A stretch of 64,000 nt of DNA from Azolla caroliniana (taxonomy: Eukaryota; Plantae; Polypodiophyta): NCBI GenBank assembly GCA_043228905.1, contig JBHGNT010000004.1, positions 19,778,001-19,842,000 of the forward strand, in the 5' to 3' direction. The translations under genes and the position numbers were made by a program. The notes under the pieces were generated by a model. That model was not told the DNA's origin. It searched no databases and saw only the letters and a list, made by a program, of their open reading frames with translations. Below, one piece after another: positions 12,101-25,400 of the stretch (positions within the stretch are counted from its first letter, which is position 1; every line of letters begins with the position of its first letter).

Positions 12101-14377
12101 GTTCGGCCAACGTGGCAACATGAGACCGAGAGAGAAGGTTGGTGGCGGCGGGAAACGGGACCCGACTACGCGGAAGACACAAGGAGAGTCAGGGAGGGAC
12201 TCAAACAAAAGACACCCGAATTTCAGCAAGCATAGAAACAGAGTCCGGTCCTATGGGACCCTCACACCGATCCGGAGACTCCGGCAGTTCGGCCAACGTG
12301 GCAACGTGAGACCTAGGGAGAAGGACGGTGGCAGCAGGGAACGAGACCTGACGACACGAGGTAGCGGATAGGGAGCCGGTAAGACGGGTGGACGAAGTGT
12401 GAAACCCTCACCGACCGGTTACGGTTTCGGAAGGAGCCGGTATGGGCAAACACAGGGAGGTGTATCAGGCCGGAAAGGCACACCTGGGACGGAACAAGAG
12501 TCTCGCAAGTGGCCATCGCGGGCCGGATCAAAGCGTGACTACGGGACAGTGTTCGGCACGGGTGGTGCCAAACGAAGGAAGTGAAAGGCGGCACAAGGGA
12601 GGTGCCGGGAATGAGGTGACAAGTGCCTAGCGGACTGCACAGGGTCGGAGTCAGGGGATGGCAAGAGAGGCCGGAGGAGGATCCTCCACACTCGCTTCGT
12701 AGATCTCGGTAGCTCCGTCGAAGTAGCGAAGACTGACACGGCAAGCCGGGATGACAAGCTGGTGGGGGCGAGGGGACGACGGCAAACGGAAGACTCGGGA
12801 CCTGTTGCAGCAGCACGAAGACGAGAAGGGCCAAGCGGGCTACTACGGGGTGTTCCTCGGATGTGAAGGACACTAGTATGCGGGTGAGCGGCGATGCACG
12901 ATCTGGCCGGGAAAGGGGCCGACAAGGCGTGCAATGAACTGGAGTACGGCACAGGCGGTGCCAAACAACGGACGAGGGTATGTGGCGCACGGAGGTGCTG
13001 GAACGGAAAGGCGAGCGCGGAGATAGGTTGCGTGGTTCGGAGGTAGCGCGTAGAAGGCCAGAGAGGGATCCTCCACACTATTCCAGAGACCATGGAGGTT
13101 TGAGCCGACGCGGCGATGTAAGACCATGGAGAAGGAAGGTGGTGGCGAGAGGACGAAGGCAGCGCGAAACAACATGGGACGAAAATCAGGACATCACGAA
13201 TGGTCAACGGAGGCCAAGCGGGCCACTACGGGCATGCCTCAAGCGGAGGACATCGGGCATACGGCGGGAAGCGGGGCGTTCATACGGCCGAACAAGGGCC
13301 AACGGAAGTACGCGTACTACGGAGATCGCGGCAGAGGACCCATCGACGGGTCGAACGAGCCTACGGGGAGGTAAGCGCGAAGGAAGAATCGAAGCCGACG
13401 GATCAAACCGGCAGCGAGCCGTGATGCGGGTCACGGAAGACCGGTTTCTCACCGACTGAAATCTCTCACCCTTCACCGGACTTGGCACATACCGGTGGAT
13501 GTGCGGTTAGGTGGGGGCGGATGTTGTGAAGAATTTAGGCCAGAGGCGGAAACCGGGAAACATTGGCTACATCGGCGGGGTGCAGCGTGTGTACGCACCC
13601 ATGTACATTTAGTGTGAATAACGAGGGCGCCTTTATGGCGCCGAAGAGTAGTCAAGTTGGGACAGACGGTCCCATGTAAGTCGGGATTTATCCCACATTG
13701 TAACGCATCCATGTCCTTGTTCTATAAAAGGAAGGGAACACCCTTTGTGAAAGGGTTGCCCATTTTGCGTTAGAGGGTATACCGTTAGATTTAGGGTTAG
13801 TTACATTTCTTCTTCTTCTTCTTCTTCTTCTTTTCCCCCTTCGTGTTTTGCTTAGGGTTTGCTTTGGCTCGGCCTCCTGTGCAAGACCCCGCTCGGCGCG
13901 ACGAGCCGAGAGCTCCCCAACGGTGGCTTGACAGCAAACGACTGCTGTAACCTACCTTGGTCCGGCTCGAAGCCGGGAATGTATTCATTCTTTTATATAT
14001 ATACATTTGCGTCTGTCTGTGTATATTCGCGTCTCTGTTGGTGTCGGGTGCTCCCCCTTTCCTGCGTTTCCTGTACATAAGGGCGTGAGTCGGGTCGGCG
14101 TGTGTGTGTGTGCGTGTGTGTGCGTGAGTCGGTGTTAAGCGCGCGCTCCCTCTCTTTCTCTCTCTCCCTTCGGTCGCTTCCGGTGTTCTTCTGGGATCCC
14201 CCGGAAACGGTGAAGCACGACTTCCTACGCTCCGTCAGTCCCTAGTCCAAGACCCCCGTGGTCCCGCCTTTCTCCACGCACGCGCGTAACAATGCGACAT
14301 CTTTGGTGAACCCGACGTGAAAGGCGGCAAGGGAGGATGGAGTCGGAAGATGACGACCTTGCGGAGATGGTGGCCGA
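9187..14377 (+). mobile_element. Non-autonomous Gypsy-type (Phygy-like) LTR element in tandem arrangement: LTR(9187-9971)-PBS-gag fragment/internal-PPT-LTR(13522-14299)-PBS-start of a second internal region
   Basis: Two highly similar ~780-bp TG..CA LTRs. PBS TGGTGAACCCGACGTGAA (9976-9993 and 14304-14321) is complementary to the 3' end of tRNA-Trp. PPT AGGTGGGGGCGGA at 13509-13521. Gag-like ORF 10009-10374 (VGRFNGDKVPSYLEAYNAEM). No RT or integrase motifs. Confidence 0.9.
11629..11870 (+). repeat. 120-bp direct tandem repeat (2 copies) inside the LTR element
   Basis: CTAAGGAGGATCCTTCACACCGGTTCTAGAGACTTCGGCAGTCGGCAA...GGGCTACGGATGGGCGGT at about 11630 and 11750. Confidence 0.9.
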
Positions 14378-15360
14378 TTGACATATGGGAAAATGATTGG
14401 ATGTCACAACCTCGTGCATAATTGACATATTAAGCATCTCTAACAAAAAAGACTCATCATGCATAACGTACATTCTATCTAACCTAGTCCATGTTTCCTT
14501 ATATTGCATAGACTAAAATGTAAACCCAACCTCATCTCTCTCTCTCTTTTCGTAAATTAATGTTTGTTATTAAAACAAGATAATAATACAACCCTTGCTA
14601 TCTTCACTACTTCATAAATAGTGGTAGTGCAAGGGAAACCCTCTCAAGTGTTGTAAAACTAGATGACATAAGTCCATCTCCTCTTGGGACAATGTCCCCA
14701 TACAACATAATTATGAAAATTGCTAAATCAACATTCCTTTTATCCTACGGAGCTGTTGTGTTATCCCATGAAGTCCATGAAACAAGAACCCATTTCTCAT
14801 GGTCCAATTAAACCACATCCCCCAATACCTAAGGTAGTAAAAAATAACTTTATATGCTGGTGTGGGCATAACTTGATCCTCATCAATAAAATCCCACTTA
14901 TAAGGTGACAAAATATTTCCTGTTATCGATGCCCAAATTTGTGATACAATCATCTAAATCTCTCTCTCTCTCTCTCTTGGTGAAAACACAACTATATTAA
15001 TAAATGTGTGTAAAAACACTACTTACCCATTGTGACAATGGAGTATGGTCACCCACTAACTACACTACATGGGTAGTGGAACATGTTGAATTACCAATAG
15101 ACAAGACGAACACTCCACTAAGGAAATAATTTTCACTTGCTCCAATAAAGAAAATTGCCACATTAGTACTCCCTTCAACTTTCGTAGACATGCTTTCACT
15201 CCATGTCTACCATCAAATGCAAAAGTGTTGCGCATGTTCCAATTATGACGCAATCCCCAATATCTCAAAAATAAAAAAACGATCTCCATCTTTGATTTTC
15301 GGTCAAGCTATGTAAATTGTGCAAACAACCACTATCTAGGTGTCAAATAACACCGTGATA
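14378..15360 (-). mobile_element. Degraded LINE fragments
   Basis: An endonuclease-like segment WTRLDRMYV...SNHFPI at 14380-14510. Two mutually homologous segments, LRYWG..FNWTMRNGFLF and LRYWGLRHNWNMRNTFAF, resemble the W..RN...F motif at the C-terminus of plant L1 ORF2. Confidence 0.6.
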
Positions 15361-15672
15361 AAACTTGCCAAATTTGAGAAATTTAACTCCAAATTTAACA
15401 AGTAATTAGACATTGTATAAATCAATGAGTACTATCTTCCATTTGAACAACGAGAGCTAGAACATGGATTAGCAACGAGACTATTCAAATGGAAGATAGT
15501 ACTCAATGATTTGTGCACTATCAACGGACTAGCAATGAGACTATTCAAATGGAAGACTAGTAATCAAACGGGACTAGCAACGAGTACTATCTTCCATTTG
15601 AGCTAGAATGTCGTGGACTAGCAACATGACTATCACTATTTCTGTTTTCTAGCCCCAAATTTCACATGCAAG

Positions 15673-16303
15673 CATAGATTGACACATGCGTGATATTTGT
15701 GGTATTCTCCATGCGCAATATTCTCAATATTCGAGAATACAAAATGGCCCCAAGAATATTAAAAAACCATTCGTTTTGTAAAATAAATATAAAAAATTAT
15801 TTATTTATTTAAATAAATGTATTTCACCAAAAAAAACAATTATTCATTAATAGATTATAGTGTCAAGAGAGTTTATGAAACTTATTTTAATTAACTAATT
15901 TTTTTAAAACAAATATTTTTATATTTATTATACAAACATGATTAGTATGAACTTTGAAGATATGATTAGTTTGAAGTACCATTTTTAATGCCAAGATAAA
16001 AATATCCATAAATTTTGAGAAAATAAAAAGTAAGAAATTAATGAGCCTTTATATTTTATTTATTTATTAAAAATCAAACGACTATACATTTATTATAAAA
16101 TTTTAGTAGTGTCAAGCCCCCAAAGTCCCTCTTTTATTATCCCTATTTAATGTTAAGTTCCTTTTCTTTATCTTAGGAAATTTTTAAAAAACAATTTTTT
16201 TTATTTTGGAGGGAGGTAAAACGAATACTTGACTACCCATTCGTATTCGTATTCGTTTGCATTCGAATGGGAAACCCCACGAATGCAAATATGTCAATCT
16301 ATG
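15673..16303. mobile_element. hAT-type MITE
   Basis: TIR CATAGATTGACA / TGTCAATCTATG, 8-bp TSD CATGCAAG / CGTGCAAG, ATTCG subterminal repeats and an AT-rich core. Confidence 0.8.
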
Positions 16304-16639
16304 CGTGCAAGATATTCTTGAAAAGTGCTTTGGGTTAGCTTTCTTATGCATCTTTGCTTTTCTAATTTGGACATCTAACAAGGAAATTATGAGTTTTTCT
16401 CTCTACTGTGCTCCTCATATCCACGCGTGTTTTTTTTTTCTCCCCATCTTTTTCTCTACTTTTCTCTACTTTTGAAAACCACCTTTAACTTAATATTCAT
16501 CATTATTTATAGTAAGGTTCAATCCTTTGACCTTTTATTTATAAGGAATTATCTTTGGCAAATGAAAAAGTATTTTTGCTACCAAATTCCAATAAAGTTG
16601 ACTTCACAATACTAGTTTATTTGAACTACTATTTTACTT

Positions 16640-19600
16640 CTTTTCGAGGGTGGTTTCACACTGTGTTAGAAACATCACAACATCCACCCCCACCAAACCT
16701 GCACATCCTCTAGTATGTGACAATGATTGTTAGTTGCTATTGCTTATTCTTTTTAAACCTCCAAGTCTAGAGGTTTGATTTCAAGATTTGTGGTCTCTCT
16801 TCTTTTAAAGATCTTGATTCTCTTCCCTACAATCGGCAAAGCACGTCGAGTTCCTTGCAACTCCGCTAGAAAATAGGTTGCATTGTTTTCAATTTCCTTA
16901 ACCACGTATGGGCCAAATCATCGTTTCACGAACTTTCGAGTAGTGCTATGCTGATTATCAAGGTTGCTATCATAGACAAGTACCCAATCTCCTTCTTCAA
17001 TTTTTCTTAGACGAAGACGATGCTTTTTAAATTCTCCTTGTTCCTCAATAGAGCCTCCCGTAACCGTTCTATTGTTAACTGGACATCTTTGGGTCTCCTT
17101 TCTAATTGTTGGATCCTTGTAGCTAGCAAGTTTTCTCAACTCATCTTCTCTTGCCATGGCAAAGCCCTCTATGAGGTAACACTTCGCTCGATAGGCATTA
17201 TTGGTTTTTGCCCTAATATGAGCTCGACTGGCATATATCCTGTAGTCATGCTATGTGTAGTTCTATCGGTCCACAATGCATATGGTATTAATCGTGGCCA
17301 GTTCCCCATCTTCCCATCGCAAGCCTTTGTTAGAGCTTTTACAATCAGGTTATGTCCCCACTCCACCTTTCCATTTGCCTCCGGGTTGTATGCCATGGTA
17401 AGTGATAATTTGATGCCTATACTTGAGAAAAACTCTTTAGCTTCATTTGTATCTAATTCTCCTCTATTGGCTACTATTTTGCCGACACATCCGTATCGAC
17501 AAATAACATCTTCAAGGAGAAACTTGCAAACCGCCAAAGTTGTTTTATTCCTTAGTGCGCGACCTTCTACTTGGTTGGTGAGATCCTCTCCTTCTAGTAC
17601 GAGGTATTTCATTTGCCACAATCCCATTGGCATAAACACTATGTCCACCAACCACTTATAGTGCATTGATAATGGATATGTTGGATGAAGTTCATCCCTA
17701 TGTTGAACATTCGAGTATAATTGGCATTGCGCACATGTTTCAACATAGCTTGCTACATCTTTGTAAACACCCGGCCACCAATACTTCTCCTTGAGCTTTG
17801 CAAAAGTTGCCCTTATACCTCGATGACCTGCCCACACACTATCATGAAAGTTAGCAATTAGTGTTTGTTGATCTTGTTTCTTGCACACCATTCGAAGTGG
17901 AGTTCCATTCTTCCTCTTTGGAAACTTCCATAGATGTCCTTCTTTGAGGAAGAACTTGTAGGCCTTCTTCCTAATTTGGTAGAAGTCTTCCTTTGACCAT
18001 GATTCATCCTTTGTATAGAGTTAAGTACTTGCAAATTTCGATGGATTAACCCTCATAATCTTCTACTTTAAACACCGCTAGCACCTGAGCACAAGAAACC
18101 GTAAAGAAGTTTAGGCCAACATCCTCTTCATTGGAGCGCAGATCTTCTTCACCCTCGTACCTTGCCCTTAACAACATATCGGCCACCACATTATGCTTCC
18201 TAGTTATATGTCAAATCTTGGGGTTGAGCGACTTGATATAGGCACTCCATCGTAGCATAGCAATATCCGGTGTAGCACAACCGGATATCATCCCGAGAAT
18301 AGGTAGGCAATCGGTTTCGATTATGACTTCCGTTCTGATAAGGTAGTCACGATCGTTTTTAACTGCGGATACTATCCGCCATAGCTCTCTCTTTACTTGG
18401 GCGTACTTTCTTTGTCTTTTGGTCAACACCTTTGCACTGAATCGGATTGCATACCGATTTTTGTCTTGGTTTTCTTGGTTAATAACCCATCCAATTCCGG
18501 TTGGGCTCGTATCCACTATCACATATATCGGGGTACCTTTAGTGTAGTCAGCTTTGCGCACTATAGGAGCTTGCAATAATAGTTTCTTCAACGTTTGAAC
18601 CGCGTAGGTATGCTCATCTTCCCATTCAAACTTCTTCCTTTTCTTTAGTAGTCCATACAATGGTTCAACGACATGGGCATAGTGTGGAATCCATATGTGG
18701 TAGAACGCACATGCTCCCAATAATCTTCTCACATCTGTTTTGGACTCACACTCCTCTTTCATCTCTTGCATAGCATTCACCTTGGATGGAGATGGCTTCC
18801 GGACATAAGATCCACATAACTTTCCTACTACCAATATTTCTGGTTGACTGAATGCGGACTTCTCTCCCGAAAATGTGAGATTTGCATCTTCAAGCTTTTG
18901 CAACACCTTCTCTCTATCCTTTATATGATCGATGACAAATCTTCGGCAACCATCTTCATCTTTTTCTTCCACCGAGCATCCTTTGATTTGATCAGAATGC
19001 CATCTAAGAAAGGCATTGTGATATCAAGAATACAATCCTTTAATACTTTGTTCATGGCATTCACCATGTGGGCTACGGAGTTTGTCACACCTTGGGGTAA
19101 GGTGCACATCTTTACCAACCCGATCAGTGTCCTCATTGTTGTAATGTCTCTACTATCGACTGCCAATTGAAATTGATCATAACCCGAGTAGAGATCACCA
19201 ATGGAATAGATTGATCTTACCGTGAAGGTTTCTACAAATTCCTCCACGCTTGGACCAATTCCGGCATTTTGGATCGTCACCTTGTTGACGGGTTGGAGAT
19301 CTTGAATAAAGCGTAAGGATCCATTCTTCTTCGGCATTGTAAACCATCTATTGGAGTAGGGAGCATTGGATGGCTCAAGAATTCCCATCCTAACCTTTTC
19401 CTTTAGAAGCTCAATCAACTTCGGAATGTGAGCTCTTGGAACCCGGTATCGGCTTTAGGTTCCAAGGTACATGTGGCACCGTAAATATCACCATCGGCTC
19501 TATCATCTTCGGGTCGGCACATCCAATTTCTTGTGGAGAGAAGGTGAAGGCTTTCCCATGTCTCTCAAGCATCATCCGAAACCTTTCTTCTTCTTCGGGG

Positions 19601-19950
19601 AGAAGGGAGTCATCCTTCCCGACTTGGAGTTTCCCTCTTGATTCGTCGGTGAAGGTATGGCTTATCCCTTTTGGGTCTCTGAGATTTGCATCCCTGGTAA
19701 CTTCCTTTATTCTTTGCCAACTATCCTCTAGTAAAGGAATAGCTACTGACTTGACCTTCTTATCTACTATTTTATATTTTGTATTTACTTTGAACAACTC
19801 CTCCATAACCCCTCGTCTTCATTCATCGATGGAGGTAATAATGTTGATGGAGTTGATATGAATAGTATGTTGCTCATGGGGGCTCAAGTCCACGATACTC
19901 TCTATTTCTCTAATTGTATCGTTAAATGAGGCTTCCTCCATGACCCGAGT
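16640..19950 (-). mobile_element. Ty3/Gypsy (Phygy-like non-chromovirus) pol: RT-RNaseH-integrase, PPT and start of 3' LTR, pseudogenised
   Basis: RT (YSNRWFTMPKKNGSLRFIQDLQPVN, DLYSGYDQF), RNaseH (VDTSPTGIGW, IETDCLP) and integrase (HDSVWAGHRG..CAQC, YNPEANGKVE). PPT GGTGGGGGTGGA is followed by TGTTGTGA starting at 16682 and running leftwards. The LTR's far end is not determined. Confidence 0.9.
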
Positions 19951-19954
19951 TGAG

Positions 19955-21851
19955 GATAAACATTGTGGTGCCACTGTCACTAGAGTCGAGGATAAACATC
20001 CTCCCGTCTCTATGCCCTTGCGCAATAACTCGGCCTTCTTGCTCGATGAAGCACCCAAGGTGCGTAAACCACACCTACATCCCCTGGTCAACGATCTGAC
20101 CGATTGACACTAGGTTCTTCGTGATAGTAGGAGCGTGTAATACGTTCATCAGCTTCCCCCCTTGTCCGACATGGCTCAAAGGGACTTCTCCAGCATGCAT
20201 GATTGGGTGAGGAGTGTCGTCTCCGGTTTCGACGACTCCCGGTTGTTCCGTTTCTCCAAGAAAGAGAACCACTCTTTGTGGCTCGTCATGTGATTCGATG
20301 CACCGGAATCAACGTACCACACTTCCTCCGATTTGGAAGTGGTCTTCTTCATCGAGTTAGCCTCATGTTTCATCACCAAGGCTGGCCCTTTACCGGCTTT
20401 TCCGGTTTTGGGTCCTCCCGATCCTTCTACATAGTGCGAGTATTCCCAGTTCTCTCTGCTAGCCTTGCCGAATTCGGATCTGTCCGAATCGGTGCGCTTC
20501 TTCCAACACTCGCTTTCTCTGTGGCCCTTTTTACCACAGTACCAACATTCCGTGTCGGCCTTTGCTTGCCGGCCTCCGGCGCCGCCTTGACTCCCCCTGC
20601 TTGTGGAGGGTTCGGAACTGCTGTCGGCATGTTCTTTGTGCCTTTGGTCCTGCTCTTGCCGGCCACTACCATTGCGAGCCGACTCGCCTCGTCCACCACG
20701 CCCACAGGGCCGATCCGCCTCCGTGTACAGCATCCGGTTGTCGGCATGTGTGCTCGTCAATGCACCGCGTGTTTATCCTCTATAAGGAGCATTGATTGTA
20801 GGTCGAAAAACGACGACATATTCTCCCATGTACACACAGTAGTTCGGAACGCTCCAAACTTCGACGCCAGTCCCCCGAGACAGATATGCACCATCTCACC
20901 TTCCTCGACGTTCACATCGATAGAGGCTAAGGAGTTGATCTTCGAGGTGTAATCAACCACCGACAAGTCTCGTTGTCGTAACTTGCTCAGCTCCTATCGG
21001 AGTTGAAGCTTCTTGGCTGTGGTGCTAGTGACGAAAATCTTCTTCAGATTTCCCCAAGCATCTTTAGGCGTTTTCGCATCCCGAATGTAGCTTAGAAGTT
21101 GTTCACCCACACAAGACGCGAAGCAGTAGAGGACTCTGCTTGCCGACTGTACCCACGTTGGGAAATCTCTGTGTGTCGAATCGGGTGCTATGTCATTTGC
21201 TCCGTCGACATAGCTCCAGTAACCGTGCCCGAGTAGGTACTGGTGCATCTTGTAAGACCAAGACGTGTTTTTGTTTCTGTCGAGCTCCTCTGTTGGAAGC
21301 GAGCTAGCCATGTCTCTATCCATTTTGTTTTTCCTGTTCTTTATGAAGGTTAGGTTTTCTTCTTTGAGCTAAGGTCGGCTGCATAGGTTCTCAACCCTCG
21401 CGCTCTGATACCATGTAAAACGAATAGCGTGCGGAAGCAATAGAAAACCGAGCATAGAAAACGCAGGTTTAATGGAGAGCTTGAATATACACAGTACACG
21501 GGAAAGACAGACACACAGAGAGAATGCACACAAAACTCAATTCAAAAATAATACTTAGTTTGTACATAGGATGTGCTTAGTAAGCACTTTTGTACAAGTC
21601 CATACGGATTGACAAAAGTATTGACACGTACTTCAATGCTCATAAGTGAGCTCTACACTAACTCCAAAAATATATTCCTACGCGGAATATCTTTCCAACG
21701 GCCTCACGGTTTACGCACCGTTACGGCTTCTCGTTGCGCACTGGTTTGCGCGCCGGGTTAGGCACCGGTCCGACCTAATCGATCGATCCCAACCGATCCG
21801 GTTCTTGGCTTGCACAACCGATTCGGCCAATGTTGAGCTTGTATCTCAATA
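19955..21851 (-). mobile_element. Ty1/Copia family B, 5' portion (LTR 21414-21851, PBS-Met, gag, zinc knuckle, protease)
   Basis: PBS TGGTATCAGAGC on the minus strand at 21402-21413. CWYCGKKGHRESEC zinc knuckle and WYVDSGASNHM protease. LTR and gag are homologous to the element at 35760-40774. Confidence 0.9.
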
Positions 21852-22468
21852 AAACCATATGTACATAATTGTGGATAATGTAAGACAGTGAACTTTAGGA
21901 TAATGTGATGGAAATAACAAACTTATTAAGGTTTTCAATACTTGTACTTAAAATTGATCTAATCTATTCCTTAGGTGATTCACACGGGATCAAACTCCGA
22001 ACGATAACGTTGGTGGAACTACAAGTGTATAAAAACATGCAGATAACGCTAGTGGAACCATTACCAACACACTACACAATCTAAGCAACAATGGAAGAGA
22101 AACATAATAGTTTTAACAATAGAAGACAATAATATATGGACTAGTATATATTAGACATGGAATGACAATCTCGACAATTGATCGCAAATAACAACATGGA
22201 AAATCATGGCAACAATTCTACGAGCATGTTATGTTAAGGTAAAGTTTGACCAAATCAGCCTTAATTTAAACTAATTCATGTTTCTCCCTATTGGTAGTCA
22301 GCAATGCACGCGGTGAAACCAATGTCATAAGTTAACAAACCAAGTATATCTAGAAATAAAATTGAAACATATAGAAGATTATAAAGAATGGAATACACCA
22401 AGTAGAACCCAAAATTTGTATTAGTAATGTGAATTTGAAACAATACATTTCGTGAACAAAAGAGTCTA

Positions 22469-25400
22469 TTACATAGCAATCAAATCGTCAATGTCATTTT
22501 TTTCTTCATCTCTTATAGAAGTCTCTTCGGGTATACGTGCATTGTCTTCCCCTGTTAGTCGAGGCAATGAAATATCTGCGATAAGCTCATCATCAAGCTC
22601 TATTAGCTCCCTCGGTTCCCCGGCTAACGGAGGAATATGCTCTCGTGAAGCAAGTTGAAACCTTTCGGTATTAGCGAGGTTCTTTGCACTGACCTCCTCG
22701 TCCTGGTTTGGGCACTCCCACAAAGCCTAACTTGCTCCTCGTCCTTCTCCAATGCAACTTTGTTTCTGAAGAGCTTCAATGCACATGCAGACGTTGTCCT
22801 TGTGAAGAAAGCAACAAGAGGAATTAGTTTTCAAACAAAAAAGAATCAATACTAGTTATCTCAAGATTGTTAACCTAGTTCGAGGAATACCTGTGCCAAA
22901 AAAGAGGTCTAATATCCAATCTCCTTCTACAGAAAACATCTCGATCAAGCGCATCATAAGTCGTTGAGGTTTTTGGTATGGGTTGACAAGTCCCCGTTCT
23001 GTCGTGGTGACATTTCGCAATTTCCGTGTCACTGCTGGATATACTAGCAGATTTGAACCTCCGACTTCATTAGAATGCTCCTTGATTCTTTGTTTCTTTA
23101 TTTCATCGAAGTAGCCAACCGTAATGTGTTCAATGACATTTACAAACCGAAATATTGGCCCTATATTGACATTGGTTTTTATCCTATAACAAATATTGCA
23201 TGGAGTTATGAATAGATTGAACAATCTTAAGAAAGGCAATATAGTGAATGAGACTTATAAATAATCCTTACCATGCAAGGTTCTCAATGCCATGGCAATG
23301 AGATCTCAAATCTTGAGCTACCAAGTACCCTTGGTCCATACTATGAAAGACAACTATCCTCCACAAGGATGTAGTCATTAGCTCAACAAAATCCTTGACC
23401 ATCTTCTCTAATTGTTTGAACCTAAAAGGTTCATCGTCGTATGATGACCTTGCCATTCGAAATCCATATGGAATATCACCAATCATTAGCGTATATTCCT
23501 TCTTTGGCACTTTTTGGATCATGTCAACGACATCGCCGCAAATCACGTTGTAGTAAAGATCTCTCGTAATGTCCTTTTTCTGGCTAAATTTTTTGAAGGA
23601 GCCATCTTCCTCAATTTCGTACGCCTTGACTAAACGACGATCCTTTTCTTTTCTGGCTCTCTCGAGATGTGCAAGGAAGGATGTCAGGAAATCATGTATA
23701 TCGTTAACTTCTCCTTGTTTCTTGCCACGACACGGTTTCTAATAGAAGCAACAAGACATCAAGTATTATTACACAACCGAGTCTACATATGAGGAAAACT
23801 TAATGAAAAACACCAATACTAACCCAATCCTTGAATGCAATAAAATACTCGGATAACGCCTTATATGAAGACGTTAAAGGATAATCCTCGGTCACTTGTT
23901 CCCAAGTTATACATCCAAGTTGTTTCATCATAATTTCTTGGATCTTCATGTATACCTTATGACTGTGAAATTAGTAAACGAGATTAGAACTTTCAATTGC
24001 ACCATATTGAATTCAACATCACTAATTGAAAGACTTACTTATTGAACTCAGTGACCATTTCTTCAAGGCTTAATTCTTTCGCCACAACCTTTGACAAAAC
24101 AGACACAAGAAGCTACTCGTCCTTAATACCTTGCATCGCTCTCCACAGAGACAACTTCATGTCATCAACCGCTTCTTCAATTGTCAAATCAATTTTCTTG
24201 GCCGCTTGTGACTTTAGTTCTAGGTGAGGGTCTACCTTACATTTCTTTTGTCGTTGAGAAGATTTGATCTTGTAGGTCCCATACTTCTCCATCTCTAAAG
24301 GCAAGTTGAAACCAAGACTCATATTTCCGAAGACCATCTGACTTAACATTATCATCCACCACAATGCCGACCTCGTGAAGTCATTGACGTCGTAGGCCAG
24401 GGTGTAGCTTCACACCAAACTTTTGTTTGACGTCCAGGTATTCATGGTGGAAGAACCTTATCCGTTCAATAGATGACATTTTTTGCCTATAGTCATCGTT
24501 GTTATTGTGGTCCCATGCCAAAAGCTTTGCCTCTTTAGTTGTGAGGCCCACGTATATTTTGCACTTGGCATACTTGAGGAAGAAAGGCGTTGGGTGCTCT
24601 CTAACAAGTTGCCGGTGTGCTTCAGCCGAATGTGATCCACGAATTACAAAGTAATTGTATTGATCATGCTTTCTCACGTCGAAGTCCTCAGTTGTGGAAC
24701 ATTCTTCGGGATCTACCATCACAATGAAAGGCACAACTGTAGCATGCAGATTTATTTTCATTTTTTTCTTGAGATTCTGAACATGCATTCGGTGTGTCTC
24801 TCTGATCTCAAGTGGTCTTTGTCCTGTTTTTACATCTACTAGGGGCCGATGGATGTGTGTTATAGGCAAATTAAACACTTGCCCTTTTCTCACCAATTTA
24901 CGTTGCATTAACTCTCTTCGTATCTTATTTTGCTCAAATGCCAACACACCAGATGCCAGCTCAGCACTTGGCATCCCCCTAGTGTCCTCATCTTCGGTTG
25001 AGCTTGATGAGTCGGAGTCCGACAGTTTAGTGCTCTTCTTTTTTGTTGGTCTTGATTGCACTTTAGATACCCTTTTTGGGGCCTTCACTAGGGAGGGAAA
25101 GGGCTCCCTTAGAGCTACATGGCCTTGTATATAAGGCCTCAAGGTGACAATAAGGTTTTGTGAGCTTTGTAGATCTTTTTTAAAAGATTCTAGCCCACAA
25201 GATTCCTTTACTAGTCGATCTTAATAAAGGTACACTTTACGTACCCCTTCGAGCACTCTATCATTACAAGAATGTTGGCTGAATCTAACTCTTCGTAGTC
25301 AAATCGTAGAATACAACCATACATAAATGCGGTGTCATTTTCAAGCTGACCGTCACCCTTCTTCTTTGCCGTATACAACACAACTTTTTTCTTGGAGTCG

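Noticed and set aside
9907-13488. Many long overlapping Arg/Gly/Ser-rich ORFs, including the 333-aa minus-strand ORF
   Set aside because: Expected in GC-rich LTR-internal sequence. No recognisable domains apart from the gag-like start at 10009.
19955-21851. Possible missing 5' half of the Copia at 7053-9186
   Set aside because: Its LTR matches family B (35760-36162), not the family A LTR at 7053-7509.
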